The notes beneath the pieces were generated by a model, which worked only from the letters and a program-made list of their open reading frames with translations, was not told where the DNA came from and did no database searches. A program made the translations under genes and the position numbers. A DNA stretch of 64,000 bases, from NCBI GenBank assembly GCA_051530055.1, contig CM121341.1:13308784-13372783 (forward strand), given 5' to 3'. The DNA is from Neoechinorhynchus agilis. Its lineage: Eukaryota > Animalia > Acanthocephala. Shown in pieces: positions 11,445 to 23,585 of the stretch. Position 1 is the first letter of the stretch. Each line of letters opens with the position of its first letter.

Positions 11445-12559
11445 CTTTCAGCTCACAAAAAATGATAAAATTGACGTAGAGTTGTAAAGAGAATCGATAA
11501 GGTTTAGTATGCGATTTGCTGCGTTCAAAGCTATCTACCAGGTTTCACGTTTTCACAGCACGAGCATAACTTTGATTTGATTGATTTCTCGCAGCGGGTG
11601 TTAATGTGAATCGCAGCGTGAGATTCGAAAAACAGATATGTTTTTCGTCGGTTGCTTTTAAGACTAGTAAACTTATCAGGCTCTAAAAGTATTTCCGTTT
11701 AATTGTACGCCTGAAAAGATTAAAAAATTTCTACAATAATACTGCAAATACTAAAGGTTCTCACTTAGATCTTTATTCTTTAAATTAATACCGTTTATGA
11801 AAAAATCTGAGAAAAAGTACTCAGAATACGCAGATTTAAGTCTATAGTTTTTTTCAAAAAGGATGATAATGTGGGTTAGAACGAAATGATTGGGAAACTG
11901 AACGTCGAGGTGAAACGAACAGAACATAGTTACGTTGAAGGAAACTGCATCCTTACAGTATAAACCGCAAAGCGCTGTCAGCCAATCACAATAAAAGTAA
12001 CACCTTAATGTGAAGTTGCAACATTTTGCTTTGTATTAGATGAAACAAAAAGTATAATGTGGCCATAAAATCGATTTTCAAATAATACTTCACTTGCAGC
12101 ATGCAAGCTAATAATTTTAATGTACTTTTTCTCGCAAATAAAGTCGTAAAAGTTATCAAGAATACTTTATCGCTTTGAAGTGTCGTTGCACGGTTCAATC
12201 AAAGTTTATCCGAAACAATTTTATCGCGAAATAAATCTTTAGTTTAACTGTATTAATCATTTTCAACCTATACTCGAGCATCTTTAAGAAGGTAGAGGTA
12301 TATCCATGACTTCGTTTACTCTTTGACTTTAGTGCTAAGCCTTACAATGCCGATAAACCACGACTCCCAATCATGATTGTATTTATTTGTTTTCTAAAAA
12401 GCACTCCATTTTATAGTTGAAATAAATATCGATGGATTGCACAAATGCTTCCGGAATTTCAGGCGACGAAGATTAGAGATTGGATTTTTCGCTATTTTCA
12501 TTAGCTCAAAATGCTGATTAATAAAGTTGATGAGTTCTGTGTCTCTTGCGACCTTGAAG

Positions 12560-13300
12560 CAAATCATGTGCAGATGAACATATTGACGAGCTTTGTAGTG
12601 ATTCTATAAAACAACCTCTTCCTCCATATTTCGCGATTGAAGGTTTCGTCTGGTCGAAGCATTTCGGCTTCGAACTCTCCCTCTGCCTCGACTTTCAGCC
12701 CTTCTTCCAACCAGCGACTGTTCACCCGCAAGGCGTTCGCATTTTGTCCCGTATATCGTCGTAGCCATCTTAACATTTTCGTTTCCATCACGGTGAGAAG
12801 TTGCTCATCACGTTGAGTGATTGACGAGCATTCGGTTCCGTAAAAAAACACAATGCGAACTACTGATCGGTATATATCCTCGATTAGAAGTGACTCCTTA
12901 TAAGCCGATCACAGAGAGCGTCATTTCGTCCAAGTCGATTCGATCTGTGATTTCCCATCTCAAGTCGCCTTTATCTGAGAGTCGAGATATTTGAAGTGGT
13001 CGATGCGTGGTTGATTTTGAGTGTCTTTTTCTTTGTGATCAGTGTTGATATACTTTGTTTTCTTAAGGTTCATTTTCAAACATAATCGTACCAGTCGATA
13101 ACTCCATACTTGGAAAAATTCGCTCAAAGCCTGTTTTGTCTTCTGATGCTAGGACTTATTTTCTCAGTTATCTCATTTTCGTTGAGTCCCCACAATTGCA
13201 TTTGACTTTATTCGAATTACGTTATTTCTGTAAATTTGTCGGCGTTTTATTTTCAAGAAAGTTGTGATACGATCTCTTCGTTCCGTGAACCTTGCTTTTA
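12560..13300 (-). mobile_element. Degenerate RTE-clade non-LTR retrotransposon, 3' part of RT
   Basis: IDHFKYLDSQI, FYGTECSSI..DEQLLTVMETKMLRW and REIWR, with stops and frameshifts. Confidence 0.65.
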
Positions 13301-13739
13301 ACATCATCAGTCAATATTCCGGGATTACGGTAAATATAACGTTTTCCGAACTTGGTGCATCTCGGCTACATGCGAGCATCAGCCTGAATGATTTGTTTGT
13401 TTTGGTTCTAGCGTTTCCTCCAGAGGTGTTAAATCCGAAAATCTTATTTTCTACGTTATATCTTTTTGGTGAATCGCCACAATTCCATTTGATTTGAACC
13501 AGTATGCTCATTTGGCCATTGTACAGTTGGTTTTATATTGATGACCGCTGCTATAATTGGACGGTTTTGAGTAGTGATAGTCTCGAAAGGCACGGCCGTC
13601 GTATTAGTGAATGTGGACATGTATAGGTGTCGAACAAGCATGAAATATATCATGGAAATCGTGCTACTGTTATAGTACGTTGGGAGTTGGTTTAAGCGCT
13701 TCATAAACGATGACAAATGTAATGGGTCTCCATCATTAT

Positions 13740-15440
13740 TTCTTGGGTTTTATCCCTTATCGCCATGATTTCCGTCTTCGTTTTAGCCGACATGGCCATT
13801 TAAATCTCTGGCAATAACCAGGTAATGATGAACTGGGATTCCGAGTGCGCGGTAGTCCAACATATCCCAAAATGCATCTTTCTCTTTCTTAATTGCAGGG
13901 GACTTCAATAATCTATTTCTTCTTCTACCCTTCTCCGAGTTGTGTCAACTTATTGACTTCCCAACTCGTCTTGACGCTCACCTTGACAAAAGTGTTCACA
14001 AATATCGACACCTACTCATCCGCCTCTAAACTCCTCCCCCGCGAACTCTGACCATTCCTCCGCCCTTATCACTCCCTCCACCCCATTCCAGCGCATGAAA
14101 TCTCCCCGTTTACCTGTCTGGGATAAACGTGATCATCACACCCACAATTTTATGAAATTATTCAACTCTAACATCCGCACATCCCACTTTGACAACATAA
14201 ATGACCCTTCCTTGGCCATGTACTCCCTAACCTCAATCATAGAACATGGTGGCGGGCCTTGGTCTACGCCACCCGGATACCGTCTCTAATTTGACCTCCA
14301 CTGAATTAAAACAGGTTTTAGATCCCATCAATCAGAACCTCTGCACTGACTTAATTTACAATCACTGCTCAACATCAGTCTCCACACAATCGTTCACGCC
14401 ACTAAAGTATCCCATGAAATTACCTAAAAATTCGTCCTCTCAATACGAAATCCCAAACTGGGCTCTTTGCTGCATCATCCCCGAACTTCTCGACCCTCTT
14501 AACCACATTATAAACCCCAGTTTTTTATATGGCATCTACCCCTCATGCCTGAAAACTGCCAAAGTTATAGTCGTTCCAAAAAGGGGCATCCTATTTCGGT
14601 CGAATCATTCCGCCCAATTTCCACTCTACCCGCTCTTTCAAAAATCATCGAAATATGTTTTAAATCTCGTCTTTCACTTTCCCACAAAAAGTTATCGCTC
14701 CTATAATTTGGCTTCCCAGCCAGATTTTCCGCAACCGATACCCCCACTATGCATTTATGAAGCGCTACTACGTAACCTCGACAATAATCCCTCCCACGTC
14801 ATCCGTCTCGTTCAATTGGATTTATCTAAAGCTTTCGACTCAGTGGACCGTTCACTCCTTCTCCAGACCTGCTCCGATTTTGGTCCTAACTTGTGGCAGA
14901 TCCGCTTGCTCCAATCTTATCTTCACAATCGCAAACAATACATTCACTGCCGTTCTACCTTTTCTATCAGCCTATCCCTGACCAAAGGCGTACCTCAAGG
15001 TGCTATCACCACTTCTCTTTAATATTTTTCTAAACAACCTCAAGCCTATCTCCTCTCACTCTAAACTCTTCCTATACGCCGACGATATCACCCTCATCAC
15101 CCATTCAACACCCACCTCTCCCTCTAATTAACATATAAAGAAATCATCCACATCAAAGATTTCTGCACTAATCACAAACTCCACCTCAATTTCTGTAAAT
15201 GATTCAAAATGATCCCCTCTCTCCCGCGACCCCGCTTTATCACGTGGGCCTCTAAATGACATCCTACGAGTAACCTCCCTAAGAATTCTGGGTATCCAAT
15301 ATCAATCAAATTTGAAATGGGACTCGCACATAACTCTATCCTTCAAGCGCAACACCTTTAAAATTTTGTCTCAAACGCCTCCGACATTTAGGAATCCTTT
15401 CACTTAATCTCTACAAATTTTACTTCTGCTTAATCTTACC
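13740..15440 (+). mobile_element. Degenerate APE-RT LINE (CR1/L2-like)
   Basis: AGDFN (APE), LDLSKAFDSVD, GVPQG and LFLYADDIT spread across frameshifted ORFs. Confidence 0.8.
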
Positions 15441-15453
15441 TTCCCTCACCTAC

Positions 15454-16880
15454 TGTATTGTATTGTATTGTATTGTATGCAACGGTACTTTCCTACGTTG
15501 CACAGTAGGTATAAGCCCGTCAAATAGAATTAGACTCCGCAAGGAATCTAAAATACACGACAGCAGTCATGTTATGCGGGCAATTCGCGTCTCTTAAAAT
15601 CAGGTCATCGTATGTACGACAGTTCCCTTTGCCTTTACGATACAATGTCGTTGGCTTCCAGAAAAGGAACTGTTGCACGACCTGTGGGCAAGATGCCTCG
15701 GACCGAATTATATTGCCCGTGAACTGCAGTCGTCTGCGGCGCAAATATTCACTGGGCGGTTGGACTCCGGCTCTCTTATACAGTGCTTTGTTGGTCACTT
15801 TATCTGACCGTCTGACCTTGAACGCCGCACGTAAGAAAGATGAATGATTTTGGTCCAACTGCCTCGTCGCCGTTGCTGACAGTGTCCAGGTCTCTGCGTT
15901 GTAGTAGAGAATGCTCTCAATTAGAGTCCTGAACAACTGCGAACGGAGTTCATCTGGCAAAGACTCACTGTCAAACAGTGGTTTAAGTTGCCCCATTGCT
16001 CTCCAAGCTATAACTCTCCGTCGGCTGACATCCGCACTCACCTCAAGAACGACAGCTCCCAGATAGACATACCGCTCTATCTGTTTTAATTGCCCAACGC
16101 CATTCGGCCCTTCGCCAGAGACTGTATGCGCGACATGCGGAATCGTCAAGAATTCCGTCTTTTTCGAGTTGATGGTCAGACCAATCATACTCGCCCTATC
16201 GCACAGTCTATTTAGCATGCGTTGAGCTCCTTCGACTGTTGAGGACATCAATACGATGTCGTCGGCATATACCATGTAGGAGGCGCGTATCTCAGGATAC
16301 CTGCGACCTCTTTTCCTCAACAGAAGAAATCCATCTTCATCATTCGGTAGTGCCCATCTCATTACCCAATCAAGCACCAAGATGAAGAGGAAAGTAGCCA
16401 ATGTGTCGCCCTGCAGAACGCCTGAAGTGGTGGAAAAGTATTCTGTAAACCGTGCGCTCGCAGACTCCTACAATTCAAGGATCCGATTCGTAGTCCTCTT
16501 CTATTTGAAATAGCTGGGCCAAAGGGCTTACGGCTGTCAGCGCCACCTGAACAGTCCGTACCCACCACGGTGATGAGCTTCGACTGACGCTTTCGTTGCC
16601 TCCGGCGACAGTTTCGCTCATTTCGACGGTCAAGTCTTCGGCGAGAGCTATGACGCCCTCGCTTTTCCCGTTGCACTGATGGGTTTTGTTGCTCCCGTTC
16701 GCTGCCGCATCACCAAGTGGAGCGGCACACCGACCTCGCGTTGACAGGCTACTATCAGTAGCTGTCTGGCCGCCGGAGCTGCTTCTTTCACGTGACCGAC
16801 AAGAATCAGTAACATCAAGTCCGATCCCGTATTTAGCACCCCCTCTCACTGAATGCCTTGATGCTATTTTCATTAAACAT
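15454..16880 (-). mobile_element. Internally deleted RTE element with (ATACA)5 3' tail
   Basis: RT ORF 15520-16401 (GVLQGD, YADD, YLG, YNAETWTL). APE first motif LRIGSLNCRSL is joined directly to the RT at ~16452. (TGTAT)5 at 15454-15478 on the + strand. 5' end approximate. Confidence 0.85.
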
Positions 16881-16999
16881 TCAAAACGCCTCTCAACCCT
16901 ACCACCACAATTTCTTTCACATATCCCCCCTTTTCACACGAGCACAACACAACTATGGTAACTTTCATCAGTCGGTCATCGAAAGTTGCACTTCTTGTA

Positions 17000-17290
17000 C
17001 CGAATTCCGGAATCGTTCCGAGATCGACAACCACAATATATTAGTTTATAACCCTTCTAGTCGCGTTCTTGTTCCTTGTCATGAGCCCTTGTGCCACACC
17101 ATCGAGTTTCTTGCAAAGCTCTTATATCTACTTGTCTTCTTAAGAGACCTGTCGCAGGGGCCTTTAGCCATGACGGGTCCGTGTTCAGCACGCCATTCTA
17201 CTGGATTGCTGATTATAGTTTCCGAGGACATCACGTGGAGAAGCGAACTTGTCCCCTATAATTCGAATACATTCAAGCAAATAAAGTACC
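17000..17290 (-). mobile_element. Possible RTE 3' remnant
   Basis: VEWRAEHGPVM...KGS*QGTRTRLEG resembles the RTE C-terminal W.GH..RM...GRPR.RW pattern. Confidence 0.35.
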
Positions 17291-17559
17291 TTTAACACAA
17301 TCCACTGCAAGTTTTCTGAAATTCGATCGTGAATAACGAAAAATACCATTTATTAGGATATTGATTGTGACATCCGTGACGAAAAAAACTGAATTTTTGT
17401 ACAAGCGACAGTTTGACGTTTTCTTAGTGACTATAAAAAAATTTAAAATTATGAATCGGAGCTTGAAAACGAACGTTTGCAGATTTAACTTATGCGGATT
17501 ATTTATTTAAGCACAGTATGATCCGAGGCATAGAAAAATTATATTTACAAACATTCATA

Positions 17560-17700
17560 ACACAGTTCTGGACGATCGAAAGGACGGATGCGGCGTTCCT
17601 TCTAGTTACACAGCCAGGTTTATGTTTTGCAGGAGGAATGCTCCTGATCTCGGACCGCCAGTGATTCGTCTCAGTTTGAGCATGCTAGTAGAGGCTCTAA
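17560..17700 (-). mobile_element. CRE-clade retrotransposon 3' fragment
   Basis: LRRITGGPRSGAFLLQNINLAV / GNAASVL (frameshifted) matches the end of the 44-46 kb element. Confidence 0.7.
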
Positions 17701-17867
17701 AAATATTAAGAATTGTTGAAAAATGAAAAGATAGAGATAAAAATAATCATGTAAATGTTGGAAGGTTACAATCTTCGACTTTTTAAAATCAACAATTTGG
17801 CATCCCAAAATTGTGCAAATTTACTTCTTGAAACACACGCGCAAGTCATGCAATGACCAAAGCGCAA

Positions 17868-19963
17868 TCATTCTTGATTTAGGGTTTGAACCGTAACACC
17901 ATATGAATTTAGAGGATTTTTAGCGACTGTCAATGATTGAGACAGCAAATTTTGCTGTATGCTTAGTTCGTCCAGTTTAATCCAATAAGACAATCTATCG
18001 GCATCTATCTTTATGAGTTCTCGTTTTTCCCATCCAGCATGGAAAGGACACGAATGTTTTTCAAGCTTACAGCAAAAAACACTTCCATCGCCGATGTAGT
18101 CGAACACATTGTCAATATTTAACGGAAATCCACAAATTGTAGTAGCGCTCAATCGGAGCGATCGGTTCGTATGAGTCGAACATTGACTTTCCATTCGCTT
18201 ACAATAACAACCGTCTGTTAGTGCAATATCGCAGAATAGGTTGGGAATTTCACTCTGTTGGTCTCCACTTAGAATTTCCTGGTCCAAGTTCGAATTCATG
18301 CATTTGTTGATGTGATCCCTCATCGAAGACGCCGGTACTCTGCTTATGCAAATTGGACAACGATACTGATCGACTTTCAGTTTGCCGAACACATTGATAT
18401 GAGGGCGCTCATGAAAGCAAGCATTGTTTATCTCGTCGAATACCCGAAGAAGACGTTCTCGTTTAGAATCTAGATCGGCAATACTGTTCCGTACCTCTTT
18501 CATACGCTCGCTAACCTCTGAAATCTGATGTTCAAGTTCCTTTATGTACCCAACAGCGTGTTCACTTCTACTTGCGTTCTTATACTTCCTTAATTCTTTT
18601 ATGACATGAACCTCAAACTATTTCGTGCTGCTATTTAAACGCAGATCTTAAGATACATTGAGATTGCAAAAAATTTGCCGGATTACTAATATACCCAAAA
18701 GTAAAACATACTCATTGTGGATCAAATCTGGATAAAATGTAAGTAAATCCATCAGCCTACCAATCCATTATCTTCAGAATATTGGGTAAACTCGTTCACG
18801 CAGGCGGTTAGGTAGCTAGGGCACCACTTATCCTTCAAAAAAATCCGGTTCGGTCTAAACTCAAAGAGGATGTGACTCGGTCTCATTGGATAGAAATAAT
18901 TCATTGAAATACGTTGACTTTAAAATAGTTTATCGACCAAGGCAATTCAAATAATAATAAAAAGTTGTTTGTTGATCATAATTTTCCAATTAACATAAAG
19001 ATTGTTTCAACTGCGCGCTGGCTATAGTTTTAGACCGCATTTGTTTCAGTAAGCCTGTGAGGCATAACGGCCCATTCAAAATTAATTTGATTTTCGCGAT
19101 TTTCTTTTCAATTCGAAATTTGGATCCCATTAAAAACCACTGTCTTCAGAGATGTGTAGTGGCGACAAAAATTATGTAAATTTATTGAATCGATATTTCG
19201 GCTCAATCCAGAGCCTATATCAAGATTGTTTGAAATTAAATGAAAGGGAAGAGTTTCCTTTCATTTACTTTCGAACAATCTTGATAAAGGCTCTGGATTG
19301 AGCCGAAATATCGCTTCAATAAATTTACATAATTTTTGTCGCCACTACACAACAATTCTAACCCTTGTATTTTTGGTGATGATAATAATCGAGATTGATT
19401 TATTTCGCCCATCTCTTTTAAATATGTGAGCACGAACTCAGCACGACTGAAGTCTGACGAGACGGACGAAATATTGGTAACGAATAAAATTAGTCTCTTT
19501 TTTCTCAATTACCAAACAAATATATATCCATGGATAATTTTACAACAATTCTAACACTAACATCGCGAAGGATTATCCCTGAACGGAAATGACCAAAAAC
19601 CTGTTAGCGAATCAAAATATAATTTAAGTTTCCCCCATTTTTTGGCTCAAAATGCGAAAATAAAGTTCGAACATATTGGTTTAGAGGTTCACATTTTATA
19701 TAAAAATCGACGCCGCATTCGTCAGAACAGTATCTATTTCCCCGTCGAGCATTGTTCATCGAGCATTTTCGACATCTCGTCGTCGTCTCCTCCCGACGGG
19801 AGCGACAAGATCGTCGCTGCATTTGGTAGAGACTGCGAGTGCTGTTAGATGGCTGTGGCGTACAGTTGACGACAATGTTTAGAGGATACAAGAAGATGGA
19901 TGAAGTCACGATAATGTTGGGCACTGATTCGCAATTGTGGCGTGGTAGGCAAGCCAACATCAA
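17868..19963 (-). CDS. CXXC1: CXXC1/Cfp1 (COMPASS subunit)-like, multi-exon; termini unresolved
   Basis: RCRKC...GNRYCSDECG, plus C-terminal FC...YCKR..C..H, ICGFPL and CPFHAGWEK...IDADRLSYWIKLDEL. Confidence 0.8.
19153..19351. repeat. 83-bp-arm inverted repeat in the CXXC1 intron; each arm carries a U3-A8 hammerhead motif
   Basis: Arms 19153-19235 and 19269-19351, 3 mismatches, 33-bp spacer. Confidence 0.9.
19277..19323 (+). ncRNA. Minimal hammerhead-like motif with U3-A8 core
   Basis: AAUC-UUGAUAA-A-GGCUC(UGGAUU)GAGCC-GAA-AUAU-C^GCUU, then AAUAAA. Confidence 0.6.
19447..19488 (+). ncRNA. Degenerate hammerhead (3-nt deletion in core)
   Basis: CUGAA[---]GUCUG(ACGAGA)CGGAC-GAA-AUAU-U...AAUAAA. 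Confidence 0.45.
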
Positions 19964-20199
19964 CCTCGCCTGATGGATGATGGTCGCAGATCAAAACCAG
20001 TTTTTTAAGAATAAACTGAACCTTTCCCGAATTTGATCTCTATAATCAAAGCTTTTAATTATTTTCGACCATCACATCTTATTCGGCATTTAGGTTATTC
20101 GAATTTTATTTTCTCAGGGTAAAGATGAGAAAATCACTTGTCGAAATCGCATACTAAACGGTCTTTCTATATCTCAGCTACAAATTTAAGCAAAAAAAG

Positions 20200-20264
20200 A
20201 AACTAACCCAGCCATCGGGGTGATTCGGTGCCGGTCCCAAGCTCGGGCAAATGGGGAGGGTTTG
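20200..20264 (+). ncRNA. Twister ribozyme (type P1)
   Basis: U^AA 20204-06; P2 CCCA/UGGG; P3 AUCG/CGGU; P4 CCGG/UCGG closing UCCCAAGC; T1 CCC/GGG; T2 GC/GC; conserved GA at 20256-57; P1 AAA/UUU. Confidence 0.85.
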
Positions 20265-20613
20265 CGTGAAGAAGTCTAATACCTCCGATCGATCGGAATA
20301 GGACGTTTCCTTCGTGCGACGCGCAAACCCGGCGCCCGGGGTTTGTGATGTGTAAAAAAGGCTGATTATTACGAATCCCTAAAACGTGACAGTTGTCAAA
20401 AAAATAGAATTGAACCGCAATGGATCAGTTGTACGACAGTGAAATGCAGAAACCGTTATATATGTATAAAAAAGGTGACATTATCCACACAAAGTCTGGC
20501 CTAATTGAACATTGGAAAGTTCAATTTTGCTCGCTGTCTTCCTGTCCGTTTACATCATATTCACGATATCATGTTCAGTTCTCCACATATCTTAATTATT
20601 TAAATAAATTAAT

Positions 20614-21490
20614 ATGGACGACGAAGATCAAGTAGTCAACTACGGCACGTGCCGGGAGATGCTCGATTCCATTTCTGATAAAGTTGAAGAGTGTCTTAAA
20701 TCAGGCGCTAATGGAAAGACTTTATTAGATTGTATCGAGAAACTTAAAGAATTATCCAGGCATAGCATTGAGCTTGCTCCTAAATGCGCAGTGGTATCAG
20801 CTTTCTGTTACCATCACCTCAACGGAGCTCTCGAACTCGAATTGGGGGATTTAAATCACGCTGTTGCTAAATGGATGGATTTAGACCGAGAAATTCTTAA
20901 ATTAGGGCATGATGTCCATTTCACAGGTCGCTGTATCCGGATGGCGCTTCAGAGGGCAGTTCAGTCTATTGATAAAGCAAAAGCCGGACAAAGCCTAGGT
21001 GTGTATTATCTCCTATGGCTGGCTAGTGTCTCGCCTAAAAAAGAAGCTCCTGATTGTGCCAGAAAAGCCGTTGAACGAATTGATCCGGATAGAGAACCTA
21101 ACGCATGGGTATCGGCTCAACGGTCGCTTGTAACGTATTTGTGTCGTACGGTAAGCATTGGTCACGGGATCAGGGGAAAAAGAGAGTGACCAATGACTGC
21201 TTATTGATCGATTTCAGATGGCAAAAGATGAGAATTTGAAAATGATTGATAATTGCGTAGATGAAGAATGGGCCAAAATAACTGAAATTCTCTTGTCCTT
21301 GATTCTTGAAGTCGAACCGAGTGTTACAATTGATTATGTAAAGATTAAGAACAAGGAATCGCCAGAGATGGATATCAGGAAAATTCGGAATCTGTTCGAT
21401 GATTGCCAAGACAGGCTTGCGATGAAAATCATCAGACGTAAAAAGGAGAACTTGATTGACCCTCTTTTGGTCGGATATAGCATGAAATGA
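20614..21490 (+). CDS. Two-exon ~269-aa helical protein of unknown function
   Basis: Exon 20614-21150, phase-0 GTAAGC...TTTCAG intron 21151-21217, exon 21218-21490 in frame. Confidence 0.7.
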
Positions 21491-22092
21491 CCTCTTAATT
21501 AGCAGCTATGTTCCATTTATATTAATTTAAAGATTTCTTTTTCAATCTAAATTGTTGCTAATTTATAAAAGTTGCGATGGAAGTGGAGGTTCACTGATTT
21601 TCTGATAAAAATAGTTGACTGCATGGTGGTACTTTGTTTCAGCATTTGGTATGCATTTTCTAATAAATAATAATTATTAACAACGTTGGCATTTGAGAAA
21701 TGTTCAATGTATGAACTCTGATTTGTTTACAGAAATTCGCGCCGCAGCATTTATCAAAATTGTCTCAAATCTTCACTAATGCCTGTCCACTTTTGAGAGC
21801 CAATTTTCGCAATTATTCACAAATAACGTAACAATTAGACTCCAATTAAACCAAAATACTCGAAATCGAGTTTTATCAAACATCTGAACTTCTCTAGCGG
21901 AGTAAGAATTTCTTCGCGCATCTAGTAAACCGGAGGCGTCTATTTGTAAGTCGTAGACTTTTGATGTAGTCTTAAATTTAGTCGGAGTGTTTTTTCTGGA
22001 ATTATTTTCCAAAAAATACCGATATATCACAATGCTGTAAAGAAGTTGTTCATTTATATGTGTTCTTCGGTGATGAGAAGAATAGATATTGA

Positions 22093-22138
22093 TTTATTGA
22101 TTCAATATTTCGTCCGCCTCGTCGGTCTTCTTCGTAGG
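22093..22138 (-). ncRNA. Degenerate hammerhead (PLE-type terminus)
   Basis: ACGAAGA-A-GACCG(ACGAGG)CGGAC-GAA-AUAU-U-GAAUC-AAUAAA; core and helix II each mutated. Confidence 0.45.
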
Positions 22139-23347
22139 TCACGGTGGCACACATATCACAAAGCATCAATCGCAATTTGTAGACTTGCTCTTTTTCTTTT
22201 CGTGATTGAAACAAAAAATAGTTAATCCCGTGAACATATCGACCAATTTATAACTTCCGATTCGCCAAAAGTACTCAATTATGCTGATTTGAGAACACTG
22301 TTGCTTTCGAGTCATCAAATATCTATAAAAGGGATTGGCATCGAGCAATGATTCCTACTTTTCCTCGCAAATCTTAAGTCTAGAATATCCGTACTTTCAG
22401 GCACATTCAGAGAGACTACTCATCCTTCGCCTCACATTGCCGATGTTAAGTGAAAATTCTGATATTCAATAGATTTTGCTAAAACTCAGAATCTCAAATC
22501 CTCGATTACCTTTCTTGTTTGGTTGTCCTCAAAAAGTTGAAGCAGACAGCCTCAAAAACTTTACTGTTTGCCACTAATATCAGGAATCTCTCGGTCATTT
22601 TTTAGAAAGACAAACGTTACAGCTTTGCTAATTAACAAAAAAACGTCGAATCAATATATTTACCTACGAAGCTAACCAACCAAGAAGTCAAAATCTAATT
22701 TTCCGCAGTACTAAAGTGTCAACAGCTTGCGATTACGCTGAATGAAAAATAGCACCGCCTTGGGTGAGTCGCAAAAAGATTTTTGCAAACATTTGGAACT
22801 GGAAAAAAGAAAAAATGCGAAAAGAGATCCGGGCGAATCTTTGCGGCTAATACAAGCGAGAAATTGATAAGGGTACATCACTCACTCGAGTAACGATACA
22901 TTTATCTCTTCTAGATTTTTATATTTAGTTTTCGGTTCATCGATAAGACTAATACTCTAAAAATTGAGAGCTGATTTACATTTTTGGATATTTTACACTT
23001 AAGTACATCTTGGTAAAGTACGAAATCGTTGACATTCAAAGTTAATACGCTTTTTGCTATTCCATTGTTGTTCGTTTACGGCGGAAAAAATGAAGGCATT
23101 TTAAGGTACAATATTGTGCTGAACCCGAGCTTACCAGACAAAACAAATAAAAAGAACTACCTAAAAAACTTTTATTTATATGACTCATGAGGCGAGGTTT
23201 CCTCTTTCGAAATATTTCATAATAATAAAGGAACCTTTAACCGCGGGATTATGCTCACCACCACCATTCAATATTTACCACACCGAAGGATCTTCGTGAT
23301 ATCATTAAAATGAAAAGAGTTCCGGGCGAATCTTTGCGGCTAATACA

Positions 23348-23545
23348 TGGTTCCTACAAGACGACGCAAGTAGATGCACTGGCCCTCGTGAAGGAATTGG
23401 GGAAACGAATCAACGCGGCGACTGGAGAGCCAAGATCGACTTCGTTCCTAGCCCAAAAAATAAGCATTGCGGTGCAGCGGGGCAATGCGGCTAGCATTCT
23501 GGCCTGTGCCGATGAATAGGGGCGTCGAAGAAACTATAAATTATG
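23348..23545 (+). mobile_element. CRE-clade retrotransposon 3' fragment
   Basis: LVKELGKRINAATGEPRSTSFLAQKISIAVQRGNAASIL, followed by A-rich sequence. Confidence 0.8.
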
Positions 23546-23585
23546 TATGCTCTTGTTAAAAAAAAATCTTCAGATTGAAAAAAAA

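Noticed and set aside
19236-19508. 90-aa minus-strand ORF as a CXXC1 exon
   Set aside because: It runs through one arm of the hammerhead inverted repeat and shows no Cfp1 motif
21560-22560. Possible multi-exon minus-strand gene
   Set aside because: I could not assemble a stop-free frame, and part of it is a hammerhead remnant
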